Shown: positions 41,162 to 50,990 of the stretch, piece by piece | Position numbering within the stretch: the first letter of the stretch is position 1 | Layout of the letters: each line of letters starts with the position of its first letter | Made by a program: the position numbers and the translations under genes | Notes under the pieces: model-generated | Databases searched by the model: none | Seen by the model: the letters and a program-made list of their open reading frames with translations, nothing else | Told to the model about the DNA's origin: nothing | IMG/VR virus record: IMGVR_UViG_3300027902_000011 | Location: 1 to 59,783 of that record | Length of the DNA: 59,783 nucleotides | Reading direction: 5' to 3' (one strand) | DNA from: a virus | Lineage: Duplodnaviria > Caudoviricetes

Positions 41162-41897
41162 TGGTCGCCTTCTCAACCCACGGACTATCTGGGTACTTCT
41201 TCGCGTACAGTTCCTTCGTGACGTGGTGCGAGCCCGTGTTGCCGTACCAGTCAACCAGGTAGAAGTTGCGCTCGTAGACGTGCAGGGAGCCCGCGTTCCA
41301 GTGGATCTGTCCCTTCTGGGCGCCGATCTCGAGGCACACCAGGTCCTGTACGTAGTCTTGCCACGCAAGGTCGTTTCGGAAGCCGGCCCAGCAGTCGTTG
41401 GATCGCATCTGAACGACGACGTCTAGCTTGCCGTCTCGCAGTAGGTACTGGACAGCGTTGGTACACATGAAGTCGCTCATCCCGTCGAGGTTGTAGTCAT
41501 ACCACATCGAGGGACGGTTGTAGATCATGACTGCACGGCGCGAGTCCGGGTTCTTTCGCAGTTCTCCGACGGCGTGCTGGAACTGTGCGTAGTTGTCGGG
41601 GTGCCAGATGACCCAGCCGTAGTTAGAGTTGATGAAGCCGGTCTTAGACGCGCACTTGATCCAGATGGGCGGGATGCCGCCCGGAATGGCGTCGACCCTG
41701 AGTGACTGGCTCTTGTACCACGCGAGTTCTCGCTCGACGTAGCGCTTGTTCACGTCGCCGAAGATCGTCGGCTCGTCGGCGATGAAGCTGGCGCCGACGA
41801 TCTCGATCGTCTTGCACCCGGTCTTGTCGGTGATGAACTTCCTGTACTGAAGACGATCGGCGAACTCGTCTCTAATATCTATTACGCCTGGTTTCAT
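41154..41897 (-). CDS. Thymidylate synthase-fold enzyme, probably a dCMP hydroxymethylase (gp42-like)
   Basis: NSNYG, SRRA, DFMCT, MRSND..GFRND (Asp at the dCMP-specificity position), SLHVYER. Confidence 0.8.
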   Translation of the reverse strand: MKPGVIDIRDEFADRLQYRKFITDKTGCKTIEIVGASFIADEPTIFGDVNKRYVERELAWYKSQSLRVDAIPGGIPPIWIKCASKTGFINSNYGWVIWHPDNYAQFQHAVGELRKNPDSRRAVMIYNRPSMWYDYNLDGMSDFMCTNAVQYLLRDGKLDVVVQMRSNDCWAGFRNDLAWQDYVQDLVCLEIGAQKGQIHWNAGSLHVYERNFYLVDWYGNTGSHHVTKELYAKKYPDSPWVEKATNE

Positions 41898-42433
41898 TGT
41901 TTCTCTTCCATATTTTTGTATCTTGTTACCCAACCCTTTTGAGTAATTGCAGAACAGGAACCGTAACGTTCTATAATCGTTTTGGTTGCTTTGACCGTTT
42001 GTTCTGTTGTTCTTTTAGTACCTCTAGCATTTTTGTTGCCCAATTTAGCAATCCGCATTTTTTCTATAGAAGCAGCAGCATGCTTCTTTCTAAACATTGG
42101 GTTTTTATCTTTTCTTACATCGTGATGGTTTTTAGAGATATTTTGTTTGTGTTCTTCTGAGAATTTTGGGCGTTTATATCCTTGCACAGAACGTCCTAAT
42201 GGAAAGTGGCGCTTTAATATATTGTGAGCACAAGCATCTTCATGCCGACCAAAAAGTTTATACCTCAATTTGTGTACTAAAGTATGTTCCTTTGCAGTCA
42301 AAAACGTAATATTCTTTTTAACATATTCACCGCCTTCATATCCTGGGACTATACGATGTTGATGCAATCCAGACTCATAGAGTCTAAGACTGCCTTGAAG
42401 AATAAGACTATCATATATACGTTTATAGTTCAT
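41894..42433 (-). CDS. HNH-like homing endonuclease with NUMOD3
   Basis: HQHRIVPGYEGGEY..NI..LT..EH; paralog of 903..1514. Confidence 0.82.
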   Translation of the reverse strand: MNYKRIYDSLILQGSLRLYESGLHQHRIVPGYEGGEYVKKNITFLTAKEHTLVHKLRYKLFGRHEDACAHNILKRHFPLGRSVQGYKRPKFSEEHKQNISKNHHDVRKDKNPMFRKKHAAASIEKMRIAKLGNKNARGTKRTTEQTVKATKTIIERYGSCSAITQKGWVTRYKNMEEKQ

Positions 42434-42773
42434 TTTTTATTTTATTTAGAGAATCACGGTCAATCTGCTGCCCGTCCATTTTTCCACGTGAATAACTAAC
42501 AAAAAACGACAGATAGTTAATTGCATCTTTGGCAGAATCTTCCAGAGACTCGAAGTTGGGTTTTTCTCCAGACTCTAATGCTTGCATCAAAGAATACATA
42601 CGAATAAGTTTTTGATATGCCATATCCAAGATGGTTGCACACCCGCGTGGATAATGATCTGCTTGTCTTATAGAAGACTTCTCAGATTGATAATCAGCAC
42701 TTTTTTTGATCTGGAGGTCGATGCACTCACGAAGGACTGCAACGGACTCACGTTCTTTTGGGGGTTGTGCCAT
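42423..42773 (-). CDS. Nucleotide-modification-associated domain 1 (Nmad1-like) protein
   Basis: KKSADY, K..R, ESLEDSAKDAINY motifs. Confidence 0.7.
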   Translation of the reverse strand: MAQPPKERESVAVLRECIDLQIKKSADYQSEKSSIRQADHYPRGCATILDMAYQKLIRMYSLMQALESGEKPNFESLEDSAKDAINYLSFFVSYSRGKMDGQQIDRDSLNKIKNEL

Positions 42774-42803
42774 GGTTTATCCTACACTATTTGAGGTAAC
42801 TTG

Positions 42804-43202
42804 TCAATCATAGACTCGCTTGAGCAGTCCCACGTTCTTCTTGTGAGAGGGCGACTTGAACCCCGGCGGTTTGATCAGGTCGGGCAACCCGAGTTTGTTG
42901 GGGCGCGACTTCTTGACACCGACCTCCTTGGTCATGTTCGCCGAGTGGACCTCCCTCCACGCCTTGTGGGCGTTGACGTTGAACGCGTCGAGGGTGCCGA
43001 TGGCGACCACGCAGAGGTCGATCAGTGCGTCGACCGCGTCGTCTGCCGTCTCGGCGTTCTTGAGTTCCGTGAGCTCCTCTTGCAAGAACGAGATGCGGAA
43101 CTCGAGGTACTTCTTGAGGGTCGCGTCGTCCATGTCGTCGACCACGTCGTGGAAGCCGAACTTCTCATGCATGTCGTAGATGTCTTTGACCCAGTCTGTC
43201 AC
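42804..43202 (-). CDS. MazG/PRA-PH-like NTP pyrophosphohydrolase
   Basis: LQEELTE, VDALIDL, VHSANMTK, DLIKP motifs. Confidence 0.85.
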   Translation of the reverse strand: MTDWVKDIYDMHEKFGFHDVVDDMDDATLKKYLEFRISFLQEELTELKNAETADDAVDALIDLCVVAIGTLDAFNVNAHKAWREVHSANMTKEVGVKKSRPNKLGLPDLIKPPGFKSPSHKKNVGLLKRVYD

Positions 43203-43396
43203 GCGTACCTCCAGTCGTAGTCGATGACGAACTCTACCAGGGCGAGGGCGAGGTCGTTGTTCTCGAGTCCGTCCATCTCCTTGAGTTGTCTGATGAGCGA
43301 GTAGATGAACCCGCTCTCGGCGTGGTAGTTGTCTTCGTTGAGTTCGTCGGCGAGCTCCTCGAGTCTGCCGACGTAGTCCATTACTACCTCAGTCAC
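43199..43396 (-). CDS. Hypothetical acidic protein
   Basis: Translationally coupled ORF. Confidence 0.5.
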   Translation of the reverse strand: MTEVVMDYVGRLEELADELNEDNYHAESGFIYSLIRQLKEMDGLENNDLALALVEFVIDYDWRYA

Positions 43397-43599
43397 ATCG
43401 TCTCTCCGTTGTCGATGATCAGGTTAATTCTCAGGAACAGAAACTTGAATCCGTACAGGCTCCGTCCCGGGTCCATCGTGCTCGGGGGCACGTAAATTAA
43501 ATAGATCCTCCATTGCCAAGGATTCAGATCAATGGTGATCTGCAGATTAGAATGTCGTAAGTAATCCACGTTTGCTCCTGTTTTTGTTTCCACGACCAT
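43393..43599 (-). CDS. Hypothetical protein (start uncertain)
   Basis: YLRHSNL..LNPWQW..IDNG motif. Confidence 0.5.
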   Translation of the reverse strand: MVVETKTGANVDYLRHSNLQITIDLNPWQWRIYLIYVPPSTMDPGRSLYGFKFLFLRINLIIDNGETM

Positions 43600-44047
43600 T
43601 TTTGTTTCCGAGCATACTTTTTGCTATTTTTCGGTTATGTTCAACGGTTTGTGGTTTCCGATTTGGGTATCGTATTCCTAAGAGTGCTTTGCTGATGTTT
43701 GCCGACACTATTGCTTGTTCTTCTTGTGTTCTTATTCTATTTGGTTTGCGCGGGCGACCTTTTGCCGCTTCACTAATTTTTCTGCGTGTTTCTGCAGACG
43801 GCGGTCCGTGCTGTCTTCCTTTATTACTTTTTCCAGCTACGCTCTGTGCAAGTCTTGTTGCCTCTGCTACTGTAATCTGACCAGAAAGCATGTCAGCAGA
43901 TATTTTATCCTGCCAACGCCCCCATTTCTCATATTCTAACTTGTGCATTAATGCGTGCATAGCAATGTTGCATCTAAGAAGATTATTCTTAGGAGCAGGA
44001 CCTATTGCATGTTGAGGCCAGATATGATGGTCATGCCAGATAATCAT
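43547..44047 (-). CDS. HNH-like homing endonuclease with NUMOD3
   Basis: HHIWPQH..NL..HALMH; paralog of the genes at 23190 and 56585. Confidence 0.8.
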   Translation of the reverse strand: MIIWHDHHIWPQHAIGPAPKNNLLRCNIAMHALMHKLEYEKWGRWQDKISADMLSGQITVAEATRLAQSVAGKSNKGRQHGPPSAETRRKISEAAKGRPRKPNRIRTQEEQAIVSANISKALLGIRYPNRKPQTVEHNRKIAKSMLGNKNGRGNKNRSKRGLLTTF

Positions 44048-44607
44048 ACTACTGCAGGTTGCTGTGGCGTAGATAACTCAAGGTGCACTCCTATCTTGTG
44101 GCGCTTGCGGTGTTCCCACTGTCGGAACGCCTGGTCGCGGTGAAACTTGTTAGCGCGGCTGTAGAACAGCACGCCGTCTAGGTGGTCCAGCTCGTGCTGG
44201 AATATGCGCGCGGCCATGCCGATGTACTGCTCGGTGACGGTCTCTCCGTTCGGCTGCTGGAACCGAACGCGGACAACCTTCGGACGCTTGATCTTCACGA
44301 TCAGTCCGGGGAACGAGAGGCAGCCCTCCTCGAGCTGGATCTTGTCGGTGCCCGCCGAGACGATGCGGGGGTTGACGCAGACGATGTTCGGGTCTGCGCG
44401 CATGACGAATATGCGATAGCGCAACGGTTCTGCGAGCTCGCCTCGGCCTCCCTCGACCTGGTTAGCAGACAGACCGATGCCGCCCGAGTCGCGCATGAAC
44501 TTCGCGAGCTCCTTCGCGTACTCGATTGGATCAAACGGCGGTTGAGCAAAGTCAAACGGTGCGCACTTGCTGCGCAGGATCGGGCTATCGCTCGGTAGTA
44601 TCTTCAA
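44044..44607 (-). CDS. def: Peptide deformylase
   Basis: GIGLSANQV, EGCLS, QHELDHLDG motifs. Confidence 0.95.
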   Translation of the reverse strand: MKILPSDSPILRSKCAPFDFAQPPFDPIEYAKELAKFMRDSGGIGLSANQVEGGRGELAEPLRYRIFVMRADPNIVCVNPRIVSAGTDKIQLEEGCLSFPGLIVKIKRPKVVRVRFQQPNGETVTEQYIGMAARIFQHELDHLDGVLFYSRANKFHRDQAFRQWEHRKRHKIGVHLELSTPQQPAVV

Positions 44608-44664
44608 AGTATCACCTCAATGAGTAATTGACTGACATAAATAGTATAACATAGGAGTTCTAAT

Positions 44665-45225
44665 ATGTCAAGGGAAATCTTTAAGAAAACTTATTTTGGG
44701 TTTGTTTATCTTTGGTATGACATAGACACTAAGATGTTTTACCTCGGTTCTCATTTAGGATCCATGCACGATAGTTACTTATGCAGTTCTAAGTGGATGA
44801 AAAGAGCACATAGACGTAGAAAATCGTCTTTTAGGCGGCGCATTCTTGAGTTGTGTCGTGTAGACAACAAGAAACAACTCCATGAGATGGAACAACGCTG
44901 GCTCAATTTTATGCCGGATGAACTTCTTGGCAAGCGGTACTACAACCTCAAAAAGACTGCCAATGGTGGCGGTTGGCCAAAAGGAAAGAAACGCGGGCCA
45001 ATAACACCAGAGCGTTCTGCTAAGTTGTCTGCAACAACTAAGGGGCGTCCATGGTCTGAAGCACGACGATGTGCTGCTAAAGAACACCCGCACACTGCTT
45101 GGAATAAAGGACTGCCTGGGATCAACAAAGGTAAAAAGATGCCAGCATGCACTGAAGCAAATAATAGACGATGGGCTAAGTACTACGCTCATCAAGCAGC
45201 AAGTTCCATTTTGGAAAACCCGTGA
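44665..45225 (+). CDS. GIY-YIG homing endonuclease
   Basis: GFVYLW..FYLGSH..YLCSS..E..YYN; overlaps the gp46 3' end. Confidence 0.87.
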   Translation: MSREIFKKTYFGFVYLWYDIDTKMFYLGSHLGSMHDSYLCSSKWMKRAHRRRKSSFRRRILELCRVDNKKQLHEMEQRWLNFMPDELLGKRYYNLKKTANGGGWPKGKKRGPITPERSAKLSATTKGRPWSEARRCAAKEHPHTAWNKGLPGINKGKKMPACTEANNRRWAKYYAHQAASSILENP

Positions 45226-46919
45226 GCCTTATTGAATTTTATAGTCGCAGGGAACTTGTCGACTAAAGTCTCTCCTCGGTGTGAAATCAGGAAGACATTG
45301 TTATCGTCTGTCAACTGGTTTAGCACCTTGAGGAACTCGTCGGTCCCAGTAAAGTCTAGAGAACCGTCGAGTATCTCGTCGAGGATCAGCAGGTTAGTGC
45401 TGGCGCTGTTCCTGAGACGCGCGATTGCCCTCCAGGTAAACAAGATCGCGATGTTGATCCGGAACTTCTCGCCCTCCGAGAAGGAGTTATAGGACGCCGC
45501 TTCGCGCCCGTGCGACTTGATCTTCTCCTCGAAGTTCTCGTTGAGCTGGAAGTTACAGACGAAGTCTAGCGCGGCGAGGTAGCGGTTTATCAGCTTGTTG
45601 ATCACGGGCACGTACTGGGCGACGATCCGCGACTTGATGCCGGTGTCCTTGAGCATGCTCGCCGCGATTACTTGGACCTTCTTCTCCTCGTGCAGCTCGT
45701 TGAACTCTACCTCGACCTGCTCGAGCTGTTCCTCGAGCTCCTGGAGACGACCGACGTCGACCGCGGCCGCCTCTTCTGTTATGACCTCTAGGTCGCCCTC
45801 GAGCTCCTTGACGTAGTCGAGGTTGCTGCCGATCTGTGACTCGATGACCAGCGACTTCTCGCGGAGCTCGGTCCACTGCTTGTCGAGTTCTTGGTTTGAG
45901 TCGGTAAGGGTCTCAAGAGTCGCGAGCTCCCCGCTTAATCGCGAGTCTATCTCCTGTACCGCGCTATACAGTTCTTTGATCTTGTCGGTGTGATAAGTTG
46001 CTCGATTAGAACCAAACTCCGGCGTTATCTCTTGGGTGCACACAGGACAGTTCAAGTACTTCTTAAAAAAGTCAGCTTCCTTCTGTTGCTTTTCTCTCTG
46101 AGCAACGAGCTGCGCGCGAAGGGTACGCAGCTTGTTGATAGACGAGTTGAGTGCAGACACGTCCTTAATCTGCGGCTTTATCAGAGCGATCCTCTTATAG
46201 ATGTCAGCTATCTCGCTCTCTAGACGCTTGACCTCTGAACGAGAAGTACTTATTCGCTCGTTCTTCTCCTGGACCATCTTATCGCTGCTGAACTGTACCT
46301 GGTTCATATGCTCGCGAATGAGGGTCATCTTCTCGGTCACGACCGTCCGCTTGTGCTCGCACTCCCTGATCGCCTGCTCGTTCGCGGTCATCCTCCCCTT
46401 CAGCAGGACGTACATCGTAGAGAACACCTGGAGGTCGAGGATGTCTTCCACCACGTTGTACCGAGCGGGTCCGGGCAGCTGCATGAACGGAACGAACGCC
46501 GCCGAGCCGAGGATGACCATCTGACAGAACGACTTGTAGTTGATCTTCAGGATCTGCTTCTCCAGCACCTCCTGGTAGTCGCGCATGTCGGCAGACTGGT
46601 TGAGCAGTCTGCCGTCGCAGTACACCTCGAAGACGTTGGGCTTCATGCCCCGGACGATCTTGTACTCGTGCCCGTCGATGGTGCACTCGACCTCAACCAT
46701 GAGGTCTCGATCAGTCACGCGGTTTATGAGTTCCGGCTTGTTGATCTTTCGGAACGGCTTGCCGAACAGTACGTAGCACACCGCGTCGAGTAGGGTACTC
46801 TTGCCGGCGCCGTTCGCGCCGACGACTAGGGTGGTCTTACTCTCGTCGAGTTGGATCTCGGTGAAGATATTACCGGTCGAGAGTAAATTTTTCCACTTTA
46901 TAGAACGGAAGTTTATCAC
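45192..46919 (-). CDS. gp46: Recombination endonuclease subunit (Rad50/SbcC-like)
   Basis: GANGAGKS, CPVC hook, FSEGE, LDE, ISH motifs. Confidence 0.95.
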   Translation of the reverse strand: MINFRSIKWKNLLSTGNIFTEIQLDESKTTLVVGANGAGKSTLLDAVCYVLFGKPFRKINKPELINRVTDRDLMVEVECTIDGHEYKIVRGMKPNVFEVYCDGRLLNQSADMRDYQEVLEKQILKINYKSFCQMVILGSAAFVPFMQLPGPARYNVVEDILDLQVFSTMYVLLKGRMTANEQAIRECEHKRTVVTEKMTLIREHMNQVQFSSDKMVQEKNERISTSRSEVKRLESEIADIYKRIALIKPQIKDVSALNSSINKLRTLRAQLVAQREKQQKEADFFKKYLNCPVCTQEITPEFGSNRATYHTDKIKELYSAVQEIDSRLSGELATLETLTDSNQELDKQWTELREKSLVIESQIGSNLDYVKELEGDLEVITEEAAAVDVGRLQELEEQLEQVEVEFNELHEEKKVQVIAASMLKDTGIKSRIVAQYVPVINKLINRYLAALDFVCNFQLNENFEEKIKSHGREAASYNSFSEGEKFRINIAILFTWRAIARLRNSASTNLLILDEILDGSLDFTGTDEFLKVLNQLTDDNNVFLISHRGETLVDKFPATIKFNKAHGFSKMELAA

Positions 46920-47521
46920 TTTGCACTCTTTTTCAGGTTATCTCGCCATGGCAACATTTGAAGATTTTCGGGAACTGCTAAATGTTGTGGTTCCATTCCA
47001 TCTAAAAACCCACGCTTGATGGATATTTTATGGTCTAATTGATAACCACCTTCGACACCTGCTAATGTTCTTGGATGACGTTCAGGGTTTATAAGTTCTA
47101 TGTGTCGAACATAAGTCTCTTCTGATAAACGGCAAACCAAATTTTTGTATCTTCTAAACGCAGGATTGTCCTTAATTCCTCGAGACTTAGAATATGCTTC
47201 AGTTTGCATATAAGAACGATCAATAGATGCTAACAGAAGACGATAATCTGGATCTTCATACATGCATTTTCTTGAACAGTATTTAATCTTCTGAGTTTCT
47301 GTAACCATCATAACAGTCTTACAAGTCTTGCATAGTCGTTCAGTTCTTGGAAGTTTAGGTTTACCAGTTCCTTTAGGTCTTCCAATGCGACTACCATTTT
47401 TTTGGATCGTTTGCAACCGTTTCTTTTTGATAGTTTCCCAATCATAAGACTTGATGACCCTTTTCATCGTCTTAGATTGCTTTTTTCGAATTGCAGATGT
47501 TCGTATGTAATTTCCGCGCAT
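46916..47521 (-). CDS. HNH endonuclease
   Basis: CKTC..YCSRKC and YQLDHKISI..ENLQMLPWRDN motifs. Confidence 0.8.
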   Translation of the reverse strand: MRGNYIRTSAIRKKQSKTMKRVIKSYDWETIKKKRLQTIQKNGSRIGRPKGTGKPKLPRTERLCKTCKTVMMVTETQKIKYCSRKCMYEDPDYRLLLASIDRSYMQTEAYSKSRGIKDNPAFRRYKNLVCRLSEETYVRHIELINPERHPRTLAGVEGGYQLDHKISIKRGFLDGMEPQHLAVPENLQMLPWRDNLKKSAK

Positions 47522-47586
47522 GATCTATTTATAATTTTTGAGCATGCTCAATAAAATAAATACAATCATATTTCTTAAGATGCAGT

Positions 47587-48651
47587 CTACGTTACTGTCA
47601 GTGCCTCCTTGTACAGACTGTCGATCAGCCGCCTCAGGCGATCAGTGTCAATGACTTCTCGATCGTATCCGTCAATCGTCTTAGTAAAGATCGCGGCGGT
47701 GTCTTCTGCCTCGCTGACGATGGCGTCATCCGCGACGAGGTCAGCGTTATGGTGGTCGTCGACGACTTGTAGGTCGGCAGGCTGGGCGGCGACCACCCTA
47801 TCGATGAAGAGGTCGAACCAGAATGGGTTGCTCTTAGACTTGACGACGACCTTGACGATGCAGTCTCGCAGGGAGTCATAGTCGTGCGCCTCTACTGCTT
47901 CTGCGAGTCGCTTGTCGGCGTCGTCGTAAAAGACCTTCCTGAACATCGTGATCGGGTTCTGGACGAACTCCAGTTCTCTAGTCTCTGTATCAAATATGTG
48001 AAACCCTCGGGGGTCATCGTGATCAGCCCAAGTAAACTCGTAAGCAGCACCAAGGTAATGTATCCCGCCACGACTAGACTTGTGATGATAGTGACCAGAA
48101 GCAACAAGATCAAAACGGTGGTATACGTTAGAGTCGTCACCATGATCCGCCAGACGGCCCTTATACTCCTCAAAGCCAGCGAGCTCAAGGTGTCCAAAAA
48201 CGACATGCGCGTCTGTCTCCTCTATAAGTCTTCGAGTGGCGTCCCTGTTCTCGTCGCAGACCCACGGGATCAGTAGGGCCTTCATGTCGCCGAACACGAC
48301 CTCTGTCGGCTCTGTATATATCTCGATCGGATAGGAGCCGAAGAGCTCCTGGATCGCGTTCAGCTCGTTGGTATTCCTCCATGTGCAATCATGATTACCT
48401 ACTATCGTAGTAAGGTGCATCTCGTTAGCAATGATAGGGTCGATAAACATCCTGCGAATGTCGGCGAGAGTCTGGAAATTGATATACTTTCTTCGATCAA
48501 CCAAATCACCCAAATGTATGATGATATCAATTCCACGTTCTATTAAAATCGGAAAAAATACTTCATTATAGAATCGTTCAAAATACTTAGAGAATGACGG
48601 AGAATCTCCGCGTGCTCCAAAATGGGTATCGCAAATAAGAGCAATCTTCAT
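47587..48651 (-). CDS. gp47: Recombination endonuclease subunit (Mre11/SbcD-like)
   Basis: DTHFG, GDLVDRR, GNHD, GHLE, SGHYH motifs. Confidence 0.95.
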   Translation of the reverse strand: MKIALICDTHFGARGDSPSFSKYFERFYNEVFFPILIERGIDIIIHLGDLVDRRKYINFQTLADIRRMFIDPIIANEMHLTTIVGNHDCTWRNTNELNAIQELFGSYPIEIYTEPTEVVFGDMKALLIPWVCDENRDATRRLIEETDAHVVFGHLELAGFEEYKGRLADHGDDSNVYHRFDLVASGHYHHKSSRGGIHYLGAAYEFTWADHDDPRGFHIFDTETRELEFVQNPITMFRKVFYDDADKRLAEAVEAHDYDSLRDCIVKVVVKSKSNPFWFDLFIDRVVAAQPADLQVVDDHHNADLVADDAIVSEAEDTAAIFTKTIDGYDREVIDTDRLRRLIDSLYKEALTVT

Positions 48652-49361
48652 ACGTACTCGCCAATCTTTCTCATCCAAGTCTCGGAATAACCTAAGACTT
48701 TGGCAGCATGTTTTGCAGAAGGATAGATTCTATCATAGACTTTGATTCTTTGCAAGGGTCTAATATATCCACGCCCCTCAGACCAACGCTTACTCGCAGA
48801 TGCAGACATGATCATCCGAGTTTCTTCAGATATCGGTTTTCTCTTAGAAGGTGCCAACAACATTGCTTTAGTGGGATTCTTCCACTTTTCTCGTAACTTT
48901 GCAGGATGGGTAGTCCTATTGCGATGGATCAATCTTGCTCGTTTTTCTTCACCTGCTGGAGATGCCCAAAAAAGACGAATCTTTTCAGATATCATTGCCT
49001 TAGTATTGGTGCCCTTCTTCTTGCTCACAAATCCTTTAGTTGCCAGACCCTGGTTAAAAAATTCTTCTCCCTTGATCTTTAATTTTTGGTGTAAGGCATG
49101 TTCCCGAAGCACTAGATCTTCTTTTGAGATTCTCTTGTATTCTTTGATAACCTCAAATCTAAACCGCTCAGGATATTCCCGAGTCTCCTTCTTCCACCAT
49201 TCCTTTAGAGTCAATCCTTCAGTGTAGTCAAATACTTGTTTAGAGGCAGGTGAACCCAAGTATGATCGAACAAGATTAAACTTGCTTCCGACATAATACT
49301 TTGGATTGCGACCTGATTCTAAATGTGGAAGATAAGTTACTTTATATAAGACATGAGTCAT
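48648..49361 (-). CDS. GIY-YIG-like homing endonuclease
   Basis: VLYKVT..YYVGSK..YLGS..E..FFN motif; AT-rich. Confidence 0.78.
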   Translation of the reverse strand: MTHVLYKVTYLPHLESGRNPKYYVGSKFNLVRSYLGSPASKQVFDYTEGLTLKEWWKKETREYPERFRFEVIKEYKRISKEDLVLREHALHQKLKIKGEEFFNQGLATKGFVSKKKGTNTKAMISEKIRLFWASPAGEEKRARLIHRNRTTHPAKLREKWKNPTKAMLLAPSKRKPISEETRMIMSASASKRWSEGRGYIRPLQRIKVYDRIYPSAKHAAKVLGYSETWMRKIGEYV

Positions 49362-49380
49362 GACACTATTTATGGTAACA

Positions 49381-49953
49381 CTATGCTAATAACTTGGCAA
49401 CCCTCTTCTTCTTGTTTCTTCCCGCCTTATTCATCGTCCTCTCGAAGTTCGCCACGAACTCGTCGACGTTGACGTTGGTCCCCTTCTGGGTGAGTTTGTT
49501 GTCGTCTCCCTCCAGGTGGTCCTGCATCTCCGCGAGGGTAAAGGTGTTCTCGTAGTTCTTGTACCGGACGTAGGCCTGCTTCTTCTCGTGCTGGATCCTT
49601 CGGATGAACGCGTTGAACGCGATCTGGGTGAAGTACGCGAACGGGTTGTTCGTCTTGTTCGGATCGAAGTTATTCACCGCCGCGACGCAGTTCTCGATGG
49701 CGTCCCCGATGCACTCGTCCCGGTAGGTGTACCTCAGGAAGTTGGGACGGAACCCGAGTCTCGTGCAGATCAGCATGATGCACTCGCCGACGTACTTAGG
49801 TATCGGCGGTCTCATCTCCGGGGGCATGTTACTTCCGGGCCTGTTGAAGCGCTTCAGGTCCGCCTTGTACTCGATCAGTGACTCGTAGAATGTCCGGTTG
49901 TTGACGTAGTGCTTGGAGACGTTAGTCGGCTTCTTTTTATATATTTTTTTCAT
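49381..49953 (-). CDS. gp55: Late transcription sigma factor
   Basis: HYVNN, RPNF..YTYR, NPFAYFTQI..AFIRRI motifs. Confidence 0.95.
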   Translation of the reverse strand: MKKIYKKKPTNVSKHYVNNRTFYESLIEYKADLKRFNRPGSNMPPEMRPPIPKYVGECIMLICTRLGFRPNFLRYTYRDECIGDAIENCVAAVNNFDPNKTNNPFAYFTQIAFNAFIRRIQHEKKQAYVRYKNYENTFTLAEMQDHLEGDDNKLTQKGTNVNVDEFVANFERTMNKAGRNKKKRVAKLLA

Positions 49954-50396
49954 GCCACCTGCTGTTTACAGTTGTCGAAATGCCATCGAAACATTACTGC
50001 TCCATAACCTTCTTTTTGACAATGTGGGCAAGTATGATTTGCTAAAAAATTATGGGTTCCACTACTAATTAGTCTTTGAGCAGTTTTACTTTGGATCTTT
50101 CCACCCAAAAATGGATTAGTTACGTTAGCAACTCGTTTTAGTGCGCCTAATCTTGCTAATTCTGATAATTTCTGAGGAGACATCTTCATTTTTACTGCTA
50201 TCAAAACACACGCTGCGTAGTCTCCTTGTGCCAAATGAATGTTGTAATGTTCCAAAGCAGTCAGTGCAATTAAATTCTCTGGACTATTGTCGGTAGTATC
50301 ACCGTTAATATGGTGGATCTCGTAAGAACGCCCATCAGACTCCCGCGGAACAGAACCGTGATGTTGTTCATAAATCTTACGATAATTTTCAACCAT
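49950..50396 (-). CDS. HNH homing endonuclease
   Basis: YEIHHINGD..DNSPENL; paralog of the genes at 18370 and 53472. Confidence 0.87.
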   Translation of the reverse strand: MVENYRKIYEQHHGSVPRESDGRSYEIHHINGDTTDNSPENLIALTALEHYNIHLAQGDYAACVLIAVKMKMSPQKLSELARLGALKRVANVTNPFLGGKIQSKTAQRLISSGTHNFLANHTCPHCQKEGYGAVMFRWHFDNCKQQVA

Positions 50397-50501
50397 TCAA
50401 CTCTTTCCTAAGTAAAAATATATTGACACTTATCTCGTGGAGTGTTATTCTTAGCTTGCTGCCCCCGGCACTAGTCAGCGGAACTCAGTCTATAGAAGCG
50501 C

Positions 50502-50990
50502 TTACTGGTAGGTGTTAGAGCCAGGATGTACCTGATGAACAGAGATGAAGCGCTTCTTCTCAGCAGGAGTCTTCTCCTGCTGAGTCACTGGTGCCTCTGT
50601 ACCAGACGCTACCTCAGCGAGTGCCTTCCTCAGGTACGAGCTTACTCGAGTGATTGCCTCCTTGAATGCGGGCTCGTGGATCTTCTCGATGTACTCGAGG
50701 GACCCCATGTAGAACTCCCTCATTGCTTCGCCGATCGGGTTGTGATAGACGATCGTGCTGATGCCGATCTTTGTCCTGTCTTGGTCGGTGTACGGATCCA
50801 TGGGCACCAGGGTAACTCCCGACGCTCCCGGGAGGTCGCTCTCCTGTACCAGGAGCGGCTTTCCGATCACTACCCCCTGCTTGTTCTCGTCGAGCAGGAC
50901 GCCGATGATGGTCGCTCCGCTCACTAGGTGGACAACCTCAACCCTTGAGCTGGACTCGATAGAGTCTGTAGTCGAACTTTTCTTTAGCAT
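50502..50990 (-). CDS. Conserved T4-like hypothetical protein downstream of uvsW (start uncertain)
   Basis: VVHLVSGATIIG Sm-like N-terminus; synteny. Confidence 0.6.
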   Translation of the reverse strand: MLKKSSTTDSIESSSRVEVVHLVSGATIIGVLLDENKQGVVIGKPLLVQESDLPGASGVTLVPMDPYTDQDRTKIGISTIVYHNPIGEAMREFYMGSLEYIEKIHEPAFKEAITRVSSYLRKALAEVASGTEAPVTQQEKTPAEKKRFISVHQVHPGSNTYQ

